Positions 1-8,283 of a stretch of DNA of 32,000 nt are shown here, piece by piece. Within the stretch, counting starts at the first letter, position 1, and each line of letters begins with the position of its first letter. The DNA is from an uncultured Actinomycetes bacterium. Its GTDB lineage: Bacteria > Actinomycetota > Actinomycetes > S36-B12 > CAIYMF01. The translations under genes were made by a program, and so were the position numbers. The notes under the pieces were generated by a model, which worked only from the letters and a program-made list of their open reading frames with translations, ran no database searches and had not been told where the DNA came from. The DNA is taken from assembly GCA_963843975.1 (NCBI GenBank), contig CAWJMG010000003.1, positions 660,001-692,000 on the forward strand, given 5' to 3'.

Positions 1-859
<859 letters not shown>

Positions 860-877
860 ACCAGCGGGACTGACCAC

Positions 878-2080
878 GTGAAGACGATCGACGACCTCGA
901 CGTCGCCGGTCGCCGGGTCCTCGTGCGGGCGGACTTCAACGTCCCGCTCGAGGACGCCGGCGACGGCACCCGTCGCATCACCGACGACGGCCGCATCCGT
1001 GCGGCGCTGCCGACCATCGAGGCCCTCCGCGGCCGCGGTGCTCGCGTCGTCCTCGTCGCCCACCTCGGCCGTCCGAAGGGGGAGGCCAAGCCCGAGCTGT
1101 CGCTCGCGCCCGTCGCCGCCCGTCTCGGCGAGCTGCTGGGCACCCCGGTGACCTTCGCCACCGACGTCACCGGCCCCTCGGCGCAGGCCGTCGTGGCCGG
1201 GCTCGGCGACGGCGACGTCGCCCTGCTCCAGAACGTCCGCTACGACGCCCGCGAGACCAGCAAGGACCCCGCCGAGCGCGGAGCCCTCGCGGCCGAGCTG
1301 GCCTCGCTCGCGGACGCCTTCGTGAGCGAGGGCTTCGGCGTCGTCCACCGCGAGCAGGCCAGCGTCACCGACGTCGCGCGGCTCCTCCCGCACGCCGCCG
1401 GCCAGCTGGTGCTGTCCGAGGTGCAGGTCTTCCGCAAGGTCCTGGGCGACCCCGACCGGCCCTACGCGGTCGTGCTCGGCGGCTCGAAGGTCAGCGACAA
1501 GCTCGCTGTCATCAACAACCTGCTGCAGTCGGTCGACCGGCTGCTCGTGGGAGGTGGCATGTGCTTCACGTTCCTGGCCGCCCAGGGCCACCGTGTGGGC
1601 TCCTCGCTCCTCGAGGCCGACCAGATCGACACCGTGAAGGGCCTCATCGCCACGGCGTCCGAGAAGGGCGTCGAGCTCGTCCTGCCGGTCGACGTCGTCG
1701 TCGCGACCGCGTTCTCGGCCGACGCCGAGCACAAGGTCGTCGCGGTCGACTCGATCGAGGACGGCTGGATGGGCCTGGACATCGGCCCGAAGAGCCGCGA
1801 GCTCTTCGCCGCCGCCCTGGCCGACGCCAAGACCGTCGTCTGGAACGGGCCCATGGGCGTGTTCGAGCTGGCGCCGTACGCCGAGGGCACCCGCGCGGTG
1901 GCCGAGGCGATCACCCACGTCGACGGGCTCTCTGTCGTCGGTGGTGGCGACTCCGCCGCCGCCGTGCGCCTGCTGGGCATCGACGAGGCCGGCTTCTCCC
2001 ACATCTCCACCGGTGGGGGTGCGTCCCTGGAGTTCCTCGAGGGTCGCGTCCTGCCGGGCATCGCGGTCCTGGAGGACTGA
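878..2080 (+). CDS. pgk: Phosphoglycerate kinase
   Basis: 400-aa ORF with a GTG start 18 nt after gap. It has the N-terminal RADFNVPL motif and reads as typical PGK throughout ([31 protein letters not shown]). Confidence 0.95.
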   Translation: MKTIDDLDVAGRRVLVRADFNVPLEDAGDGTRRITDDGRIRAALPTIEALRGRGARVVLVAHLGRPKGEAKPELSLAPVAARLGELLGTPVTFATDVTGPSAQAVVAGLGDGDVALLQNVRYDARETSKDPAERGALAAELASLADAFVSEGFGVVHREQASVTDVARLLPHAAGQLVLSEVQVFRKVLGDPDRPYAVVLGGSKVSDKLAVINNLLQSVDRLLVGGGMCFTFLAAQGHRVGSSLLEADQIDTVKGLIATASEKGVELVLPVDVVVATAFSADAEHKVVAVDSIEDGWMGLDIGPKSRELFAAALADAKTVVWNGPMGVFELAPYAEGTRAVAEAITHVDGLSVVGGGDSAAAVRLLGIDEAGFSHISTGGGASLEFLEGRVLPGIAVLED

Positions 2081-2083
2081 ACT

Positions 2084-2878
2084 GTGGCTTCGAGCCGACT
2101 CCCGCTCATGGCGGGCAACTGGAAGATGAACCTCAACCACCTCGAGGCGATCGCCACGGTGCAGAAGCTCGGCTTCTCGCTGAACGACGAGGACTTCGCG
2201 GCGTGCGAGGTGGCCGTGCTGCCACCGTTCACCGACATCCGCTCGGTGCAGACGCTGGTCGACGGCGACAAGCTCGACATCAAGTACGGCGCCCAGGACC
2301 TCAGCACCGCGGACAAGGGCGCCTACACCGGCGAGATCAGCGGGGCCATGCTGGCCAAGCTGGGCTGCACGTACGTCGTCGTCGGTCACAGCGAGCGTCG
2401 CGAGATGCACGCGGAGACCGACGAGGTCGTGTCGGCCAAGGCGCAGGCCGCGTACAAGCATGGCCTCGTGCCGATCGTCTGCGTGGGCGAGGGCCTCGAG
2501 GTCCGTCAGGCCGGCAACCAGGTCGCGCACACGCTCGCCCAGGTCGACGGCTCGCTCGCGGGCATCACGGCAGCCCAGGCCGAGACCGTCGTCGTCGCGT
2601 ACGAGCCCGTCTGGGCCATCGGCACCGGCGAGGTCGCGACCCCGGCCGACGCGCAGGAGGTCTGCGGCGCGATCCGCGGGCGTCTCGCCGAGCTCTACAC
2701 GCCCGAGATCGCCGACAAGATCCGCGTGCTCTACGGCGGCTCGGTCAAGGCCAACAACGTGGCCGCGATCATGGCGGAGAAGGACGTCGACGGCGCCCTC
2801 GTGGGCGGCGCGAGCCTCGACCCCGACGAGTTCGTGGCGATCGCCCGCTTCCGTCTGCACCCGGCCGACGAGGCCTGA
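2084..2878 (+). CDS. tpiA: Triosephosphate isomerase
   Basis: 264-aa ORF with motifs [14 protein letters not shown] and [18 protein letters not shown] sits 7 nt upstream of the GTG, inside the pgk 3' end. Confidence 0.95.
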   Translation: MASSRLPLMAGNWKMNLNHLEAIATVQKLGFSLNDEDFAACEVAVLPPFTDIRSVQTLVDGDKLDIKYGAQDLSTADKGAYTGEISGAMLAKLGCTYVVVGHSERREMHAETDEVVSAKAQAAYKHGLVPIVCVGEGLEVRQAGNQVAHTLAQVDGSLAGITAAQAETVVVAYEPVWAIGTGEVATPADAQEVCGAIRGRLAELYTPEIADKIRVLYGGSVKANNVAAIMAEKDVDGALVGGASLDPDEFVAIARFRLHPADEA

Positions 2879-2902
2879 TCCGCACGTTCGCATCCGGTCA
2901 GT

Positions 2903-2941
2903 GGGCCTTGCGACGCTCCTTCGGGGGTGCTCGCAAGGCCC
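2903..2941 (+). terminator. Stem-loop after tpiA with a UUCG tetraloop (terminator or attenuator candidate)
   Basis: GGGCCTTGCGA (2903-2913) pairs with TCGCAAGGCCC (2931-2941). An inner stem 2914-2919/2924-2929 (includes G-U pairs, one bulged C at 2930) closes on the loop TTCG (2920-2923). There is no downstream T-tract. Confidence 0.4.
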
Positions 2942-3023
2942 GTACCCGCTTCCGGCGCCGCGTCACGTATCCTTTCCGGGACCGCGCCGCCCGGCGTGGC
3001 CCGAGGGGAGCACCCGCAGCGTC

Positions 3024-3263
3024 ATGATCCTGTTCTTCCAGATCCTCATCATGCTGAACAGCGTCCTGCTGGTGGCACTCGTCCTCCTGCACAAGGGCAA
3101 GGGCGGCGGCCTCTCCGACATGTTCGGCGGAGGCATCTCGTCCTCCCTCGGCGGGTCGAGCGCCGCGGAGCGCAACCTCGACCGCATCACGATCGGGCTC
3201 GGCGTCCTGTGGGCCGCACTCGTGATCGGCCTCGGGCTCCTCCTCAAGGGCACCATCAGCTGA
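3024..3263 (+). CDS. secG: Preprotein translocase subunit SecG
   Basis: 79 aa from the ATG at 3024. Two hydrophobic segments flank the LHKGKGGGLSDMFGGG motif typical of SecG. The longer ORF-track entry 2460..3263 is Arg/Ser-rich junk upstream of this ATG. Confidence 0.9.
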   Translation: MILFFQILIMLNSVLLVALVLLHKGKGGGLSDMFGGGISSSLGGSSAAERNLDRITIGLGVLWAALVIGLGLLLKGTIS

Positions 3264-3323
3264 TCCCGGGCCGCATGGCCCGCCTGCACCACCCAGACGC
3301 ACGAACGACGAAAGGCACGATCT

Positions 3324-3656
3324 GTGGCCAGTGGTAGCGCGATCCGCGGAAGCCGAGTCGGCGCCGGACCGATGGGCGAGGCCGAGCGCGGCGACGCCGC
3401 TCCCCGGCAGCGCATCACGTTCTGGTGCGCCAACGGCCACGAGACCAAGCCGAGCTTCGCCTCCGACGCCGCTGTGCCCGAGACCTGGGACTGCCCGCGC
3501 TGCGGCCTCCCCGCCGGCCCGGACAAGGACAACCCGCCGGCCGCGCCGAAGATCGAGCCCTACAAGACGCACCTCGCGTACGTGAAGGAGCGCCGCTCGG
3601 ACGCCGACGGCGAGGCCATCCTCAACGAGGCGCTGGCGAAGCTCCGCGACGCCTGA
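3324..3656 (+). CDS. rbpA: RNA polymerase-binding protein RbpA
   Basis: 110 aa. The pattern RGSRVG...APRQ...C-x3-H...W-x-C-x2-C...PYKTHLAYVKERRS..LNEAL matches actinobacterial RbpA as I recall it, including the Streptomyces-type Cys3-His zinc ligands. GAAAGG lies 8 nt upstream of the GTG. Confidence 0.85.
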   Translation: MASGSAIRGSRVGAGPMGEAERGDAAPRQRITFWCANGHETKPSFASDAAVPETWDCPRCGLPAGPDKDNPPAAPKIEPYKTHLAYVKERRSDADGEAILNEALAKLRDA

Positions 3657-3670
3657 GCACCACGACGCAC

Positions 3671-3708
3671 GACGAAGGCCCGGATCCACCAGGATCCGGG
3701 CCTTCGTC
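3671..3708. terminator. Bidirectional hairpin between convergent rbpA and pgl
   Basis: Perfect 17-bp stem GACGAAGGCCCGGATCC (3671-3687) / GGATCCGGGCCTTCGTC (3692-3708) with the 4-nt loop ACCA. It sits between the two stop codons at 3656 and 3723. Confidence 0.6.
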
Positions 3709-3722
3709 ATGGGCGGGGACGG

Positions 3723-4499
3723 TCAGGGGCTGGCGAGGCGGCGGAGCCTGGTCGGGATGGCTGCCGCGGCGTCCTCGTCGAGGAGCAGGAGCGTGCGCTC
3801 GCGTCCGCGGGCCGCTGCGGCGGGCACCTGGACGGGGCCGGCGTCGGAGAGGGCCAGGCGGACGGCGTCGGCCTTCCCGGACCCGCTGCCGAGGAGCCAC
3901 ACCTCGCGCGCGGCGCAGATGGCCGGGAACGTCAGGGTGACGCGCTCGGGGGGCGGCTTGGGTGAGCCGTGGACTCCGACGACACTGCGGTCGGTCTCGT
4001 GCGTCGCGGGTGCCTGCGGGAACAGGCTGGCCACGTGCGCGTCCTCACCGATGCCGAGAAGCAGCACGTCGAAGGACGGCACGTCCGCGTGGTCCTCGGG
4101 CCGGGACGCAGCGAGCAGGGCGTCGGCGTAGAGGCCGGCGGCCCGGTCCACGTCCATGCCGTCCGCACGCGGAGCGGGGGCGTGGACGTTCTCGGGCCGG
4201 ACGGGGACGAGGTCGAGCAGCGCCGCCCGGGCCTGGGTCTCGTTGCGCTCGGGGTCGCCGGCCGGCAGGTGGCGCTCGTCGCCCCACCAGACGTGCAGCG
4301 CCGACCAGTCGATCGCGTCACGCGCCGGCGACGAGGCCAGCGCCTCCAGCGAGGCGGTTCCCATCCGACCGCCCGTGAGGCACACGTGCGCCACCCCGGA
4401 CGCCCACTGGGCGTCCACGATCCGCGTCACGAGACGCGCGGCCACCGCGGCTGCGAGCGTGCCGCCGTCGCGATGGACGAGCACCTCGGGAGTGCTCAT
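3723..4499 (-). CDS. pgl: 6-phosphogluconolactonase
   Basis: 258 aa with CLTGGRMG and WWGDERHLPAGDPERN motifs of the DevB/Pgl family. The ATG overlaps the opcA stop as ATGA. Confidence 0.9.
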   Translation of the reverse strand: MSTPEVLVHRDGGTLAAAVAARLVTRIVDAQWASGVAHVCLTGGRMGTASLEALASSPARDAIDWSALHVWWGDERHLPAGDPERNETQARAALLDLVPVRPENVHAPAPRADGMDVDRAAGLYADALLAASRPEDHADVPSFDVLLLGIGEDAHVASLFPQAPATHETDRSVVGVHGSPKPPPERVTLTFPAICAAREVWLLGSGSGKADAVRLALSDAGPVQVPAAAARGRERTLLLLDEDAAAAIPTRLRRLASP

Positions 4500-5548
4500 C
4501 GTGTCTTCTTCGGCGCGCTCTTCTTGGCGGGTGCTGCCTTCTTCGCCGGCGAAGCCGCCTTCTTGGCCGCTGCGGCCTTCTTCACTGGTGCGGCCTTCTT
4601 CGCAGGAGCCGCCTTCTTCGTTGCCGGCGGGGCGGGCGGCTGGGCGTCGAAGTCGACGACGGCCTGCAGCGTCTCGCCGTAGACCTCGTCGGCGTCAAGG
4701 CGTCGCAGCTCCTCGGCGATCAGGCCCTCGGTCGTCCGACGACCCAGCGCTGCCTCGCGGTCCGGGAAGCCTGGACGCGTGAGGTGCGCGACGCCGCCCG
4801 ACGGCCTGCTGAGCGTGATGTCGCCGTGGGTGGTGTGCACCGACACCGCGGTGAGGCCGGGACCCTTGCTGGCCTTCACCTCCACCGCGACGCCGAGCCG
4901 CGCATGCAGCCACGCAGCCAGCAGAGTGCCCGAGGGGTTGTTGCGCTCCACCTCGACCGTGCAGCCGGTGATGGGGTCGTGCGGCTGGTCGAGATTGGCC
5001 GCCAGCAGGGCCCGCCAGGGTGTGAGGCGGGTCCAGGCGAGGTCGGTGTCGCCGTCGACGTAGCTCGCGCGGCGCTCCTCGAGCGCCTTCAGCGGCCGAG
5101 CCGCAGCGGCCGCGTCGGTGATCCGCCGCTGCGCCAGGCGGCCGACGGGGTCCTCCGACGGCGACGCCGGAGCCTTGCCCGGCCACCAGACGACGACGGG
5201 GGAGTCCGGCACCAGCAGCGGCAGGACGACCGAGGCGATGTGCTGCGAGAGGTGGCCGCGCAGGCGCAGCTCGACCAGCTCGCCGAGCCCGTCGCCCCCG
5301 CCGACCGTGATGACGGCGTCGAGCCGGGGATCGGTGCGACCGGGCCTCGGGATGGCCGTGAGGATGCGGCACGGGTGCTCGCGCGCGGCCTCCGCGGCAG
5401 CGACCACGGCGTCCGCCTGGGTCTCCTCGTCGGCCACGATCACGAGCGTGAGGACGCGGTTGACCGCGCTCGAGCCCTGCAGGAACCGCTCGCGGTTGAT
5501 GGCGCTCGAGACCTCGCCCGCGGTGGTGTCGTCGAGCCTGACGCTCAT
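4496..5548 (-). CDS. opcA: Glucose-6-phosphate dehydrogenase assembly protein OpcA with a basic KKAA-repeat C-terminal tail
   Basis: OpcA-like sequence in the conserved position between zwf and pgl. I prefer the ATG at 5548, which forms an ATGA overlap with the zwf stop, over the upstream GTG at 5560. The C-terminus reads TKKAAPAKKAAPVKKAAAAKKAASPAKKAAPAKKSAPKKTR. Confidence 0.85.
   Translation of the reverse strand: MSVRLDDTTAGEVSSAINRERFLQGSSAVNRVLTLVIVADEETQADAVVAAAEAAREHPCRILTAIPRPGRTDPRLDAVITVGGGDGLGELVELRLRGHLSQHIASVVLPLLVPDSPVVVWWPGKAPASPSEDPVGRLAQRRITDAAAAARPLKALEERRASYVDGDTDLAWTRLTPWRALLAANLDQPHDPITGCTVEVERNNPSGTLLAAWLHARLGVAVEVKASKGPGLTAVSVHTTHGDITLSRPSGGVAHLTRPGFPDREAALGRRTTEGLIAEELRRLDADEVYGETLQAVVDFDAQPPAPPATKKAAPAKKAAPVKKAAAAKKAASPAKKAAPAKKSAPKKTR
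4502..4621 (-). repeat. Coding low-complexity repeat (AAGAAGGC, Lys-Lys-Ala) in the opcA 3' end
   Basis: Plus-strand CTTCTT recurs at 4505, 4520, 4538, 4559, 4577, 4595 and 4613, with periods of 15-21 nt that are all multiples of 3. It is in frame with opcA. Confidence 0.75.
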
Positions 5549-7086
5549 GGCCGCCTCCACTGACGTCCGTCACGCGCGAGCATCGCGTGGGCGCCGGCCG
5601 GCCCCCACGTGCCTGCGTCGTACTGCTCGGGCTGACCGCTCGCTGCCCAGTGCTCGAGGATCGGGTCGAGGACCTTCCAGCCCAGCTCGACCTCCTCGTG
5701 CCGCGGGAAGAGCGGCGGATCGCCGAGGAGCACGTCGAGGATGAGCCGCTCGTACGCCTCAGGGCTGTTCTCGGTGAAGGAGTCGCCGTACGCGAAGTCC
5801 ATGTTGACGTCGCGCACCTCCATCTGGGTGCCGGGCACCTTCGAGCCGAACCGCAGCGTGACGCCCTCGTCGGGCTGCACGCGCAGCACGAGCGCGTTCT
5901 GGCCGAGCTCCTCGGTGTCGGTCACGCTGAAGGGGAGGTGCGGCGCGCGCTTGAACACGACGGCGAGCTCGGTCACGCGTCGGCCGAGACGCTTGCCCGT
6001 GCGCAGGTAGAACGGCACGCCGGCCCAGCGGCGGGTGTCGACCTCGAGCCGGACGGCGGCGAAGGTCTCCGTGGTCGAGGTCGGCGAGATGCCGTCCTCC
6101 TGCAGGAAGCCGATGACGTGCTCGCCGCCCTGCCAGCCGGCGGCGTACTGCCCGCGGGCCGTTCCGAGGTCGAGGTCCTTGGGCAGCGTGACGGCGGCCA
6201 GCACCTTCTCCTTCTCCAGCCGCACGTCGCGGGCGGAGAACGTGAGCGGCTCCTCCATCGTGGCGAGGGCGAGCAGCTGCAGCAGGTGGTTCTGGATGAC
6301 GTCGCGGGCGGCGCCGATGCCGTCGTAGTAGCCGGCGCGGCCGCCGATGCCGATGTCCTCGGCCATCGTGATCTGCACGTGGTCGACGTAGTTGGCGTTC
6401 CAGATCGGCTCGAACATCGTGTTGGCGAAGCGCAGCGCCAGGAGGTTCTGGACCGTCTCCTTGCCGAGGTAGTGGTCGATGCGGAAGACCGAGCCCGACG
6501 GGAAGACCTCGCCGATCGTCTCGTTCAGCTGCTGCGCGCTCTCGAGGTCGTGGCCGAACGGCTTCTCGATCACGACGCGGCGCCACGCGCCGTCCGCAGA
6601 CACCGACAGGCCGCTGCGCTTGAGCTGCTGCACGACGTCGCCGAAGAACTTCGGCGGGATCGACAGGTAGAACGCGTGGTTGCCCTGCGTGCCCCGCACC
6701 CTGTCGAGGTCGAGCACCGTCTCGACGAGGGTGTCGAACGCCGCGTCGTCGGCGAAGTCGCCGGCCACGAAGCGGATGCCGCGGCACAGCTCCTGCCAGA
6801 CGTCCTCGCGGAACTCGGTGCGTGCGTGCTCGCGCACGGAGTCGTGCACGATCTGCGCGAAGTCCTGGTCGGCCCAGTCGCGCCGCGCGAAACCGATGAG
6901 CGCGAAGCCCGGCGGCAGCAGGCCGCGGTTGGCGAGGTCGTAGACCGCCGGCATGAGCTTCTTGCGGGCGAGGTCGCCGGTCACGCCGAAGATCACGAGG
7001 CTGCAGGGCCCGGCGATCCTGGGGAGGCGCCGGTCGCGCGGGTCGCGGAGCGGGTTCTCCGTCGGCGTCCAGATGCGGGTGCGCAC
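5545..7086 (-). CDS. zwf: Glucose-6-phosphate 1-dehydrogenase
   Basis: The 625-aa ORF is trimmed to the GTG at 7086, giving 513 aa. That start lies 8 nt after the tal stop and is preceded by GAGG. The N-terminus NPLRDPRDRRLPRIAGPCSLVIFGVTGDLARKKL and the RIDHYLGKE motif are typical of G6PD. The upstream part of the ORF is Arg-rich and overlaps tal. Confidence 0.9.
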   Translation of the reverse strand: MRTRIWTPTENPLRDPRDRRLPRIAGPCSLVIFGVTGDLARKKLMPAVYDLANRGLLPPGFALIGFARRDWADQDFAQIVHDSVREHARTEFREDVWQELCRGIRFVAGDFADDAAFDTLVETVLDLDRVRGTQGNHAFYLSIPPKFFGDVVQQLKRSGLSVSADGAWRRVVIEKPFGHDLESAQQLNETIGEVFPSGSVFRIDHYLGKETVQNLLALRFANTMFEPIWNANYVDHVQITMAEDIGIGGRAGYYDGIGAARDVIQNHLLQLLALATMEEPLTFSARDVRLEKEKVLAAVTLPKDLDLGTARGQYAAGWQGGEHVIGFLQEDGISPTSTTETFAAVRLEVDTRRWAGVPFYLRTGKRLGRRVTELAVVFKRAPHLPFSVTDTEELGQNALVLRVQPDEGVTLRFGSKVPGTQMEVRDVNMDFAYGDSFTENSPEAYERLILDVLLGDPPLFPRHEEVELGWKVLDPILEHWAASGQPEQYDAGTWGPAGAHAMLARDGRQWRRP

Positions 7087-7094
7087 GGCCGGCC

Positions 7095-8207
7095 TCAGCG
7101 CCCCGCCGCCGAGCGGGCCTCGGCGAGAGCGGTGGTGACGGCCTCGAGGAGCTGGTTCCACGACTGCACGAACTTGTCGACGCCCTCCTCCTCGAGCACC
7201 TTCACGACGTCGTCGAGGTCGATGCCGGCAGCCGTGAGCGCGTCCAGCGCGGCGTGCGCGGCGGCGTACTCGGGCACGATCGTGTCGCCCTTCACCACGC
7301 CGTGGTCGCGCACGGAGTCGAGCGTGCCCTCCGGCATCGTGTTGACCGTGTCGGCGGTGACGAGGTCGATGACGTAGCGGGTGTCCTCGTACGCCGGGTC
7401 CTTGACGCCGGTCGAGGCCCACAGCGGTCGCTGCACGTGCGCACCGGCCGCGGCCAGCGCCTTCCAGCGGTCGGAGGCGATGACCTCGGCGAAGGCCTCG
7501 TGCGCGACCCGTGCGTTGGCGATGGCGGCGGTGCCGCGCAGCGGGGAGTCGGGGCCGAGGCGCTTGTCGACCTCGGAGTCGACGCGGCTGACGAAGAACG
7601 ACGCGACCGACTCGATCGTCGCGAGGTCGTGCCCGTTGGCCTGGGCCTGCTCGAGCCCAGCGAGCCAGGCGTCGAGCACGCCGCGGTAGCGGTCGACCGA
7701 GAAGATCAGCGTCACGTTGACGCTGATGCCCGCTGCCAGCACCTGCGTGATGGCGGGGAGGCCCTCGAGGGTCGCCGGGATCTTCACGAGCAGGTTCGGG
7801 CGGTCCACCGACCAGTGCAGGGCCTTGGCCTCCGCGACGGTCGCCTCGGTGTCGGCCGACAGGCGCGGGTCCACCTCGATGCTGACGCGACCGTCGACGC
7901 CGTTCGTGCGCGTGTGCACGGGTGCGAGGACGTCGCAGGCCCAGCGCACGTCGTACGTCGTCATCGCACGGACGGCCTCGCCGAGGTCGACGCCACGGAT
8001 CGCGAGGTCGTGGACCTGGTCGGCGTACGCCGCCGCGCCGGACACGATCGCCTTCTCGAAGATGGAGGGGTTCGTCGTCACGCCGACGACGTGCGAGCCC
8101 TCGACGAGGGCGGCGAGGCCACCCCCGGACAGACGACCGCGGTCGAGGTCGTCGAGCCAGATGGACACTCCGGCGGCGGACAGGTCGGCAAGGTGGTCCT
8201 GAGACAT
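7095..8207 (-). CDS. tal: Transaldolase
   Basis: 370 aa with the GVTTNPSIF motif and an actinobacterial long-form transaldolase pattern throughout. Confidence 0.95.
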   Translation of the reverse strand: MSQDHLADLSAAGVSIWLDDLDRGRLSGGGLAALVEGSHVVGVTTNPSIFEKAIVSGAAAYADQVHDLAIRGVDLGEAVRAMTTYDVRWACDVLAPVHTRTNGVDGRVSIEVDPRLSADTEATVAEAKALHWSVDRPNLLVKIPATLEGLPAITQVLAAGISVNVTLIFSVDRYRGVLDAWLAGLEQAQANGHDLATIESVASFFVSRVDSEVDKRLGPDSPLRGTAAIANARVAHEAFAEVIASDRWKALAAAGAHVQRPLWASTGVKDPAYEDTRYVIDLVTADTVNTMPEGTLDSVRDHGVVKGDTIVPEYAAAHAALDALTAAGIDLDDVVKVLEEEGVDKFVQSWNQLLEAVTTALAEARSAAGR

Positions 8208-8213
8208 GTCTCG

Positions 8214-8219
8214 ACCCTA
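8214..8219 (-). promoter_or_regulatory. -10-like hexamer TAGGGT 6 nt upstream of the tal ATG (leaderless-type promoter candidate)
   Basis: The minus strand reads TAGGGT-cgagac-ATG. There is no Shine-Dalgarno between the hexamer and the start. It fits the actinobacterial TANNNT -10 pattern. Confidence 0.25.
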
Positions 8220-8235
8220 ACGAGCCCAGACGCAG

Positions 8236-8275
8236 CGCGCCCGGCCCACCCGAGGAAATCGGGGGGCCGGGCGCG
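8236..8275 (-). terminator. GC-rich stem-loop between the tkt stop and the tal start
   Basis: 12-bp stem 8236-8247 (CGCGCCCGGCCC) / 8264-8275 (GGGCCGGGCGCG) with a 16-nt loop. There is no U-tract. Confidence 0.4.
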
Positions 8276-8283
8276 ACGTGCGG

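Noticed and set aside
1561-3027. 488-aa ORF spanning pgk and tpiA in an alternative frame, with many similar Arg/Pro-rich ORFs in the track (for example 109..873, 2460..3023, 3425..3940, 28009..29526).
   Set aside because: These are off-frame readings of well-identified genes. Their composition is diagnostic of wrong-frame translation in high-GC DNA.
4502-4621. Short-period repeat array considered as a CRISPR-like or non-coding tandem repeat.
   Set aside because: The units are 15-21 nt, all multiples of 3 and in frame with opcA. They encode a KKAA low-complexity tail. There are no spacers and no cas genes.
5587-7377. 596-aa ORF on the plus strand opposite zwf. Similar long antisense ORFs occur at 8311..10446 (opposite tkt), 19559..21466 (sufB), 21270..22619 (sufD), 23570..24910 (sufS), 25723..27618 (ABC-F) and 29474..31390 (ABC exporter).
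   Set aside because: Their translations are Arg/Gly/Ala/His/Asp-rich with no recognisable motifs. Each lies exactly opposite a gene with unmistakable family motifs. Long stop-free antisense frames are expected in very GC-rich DNA.
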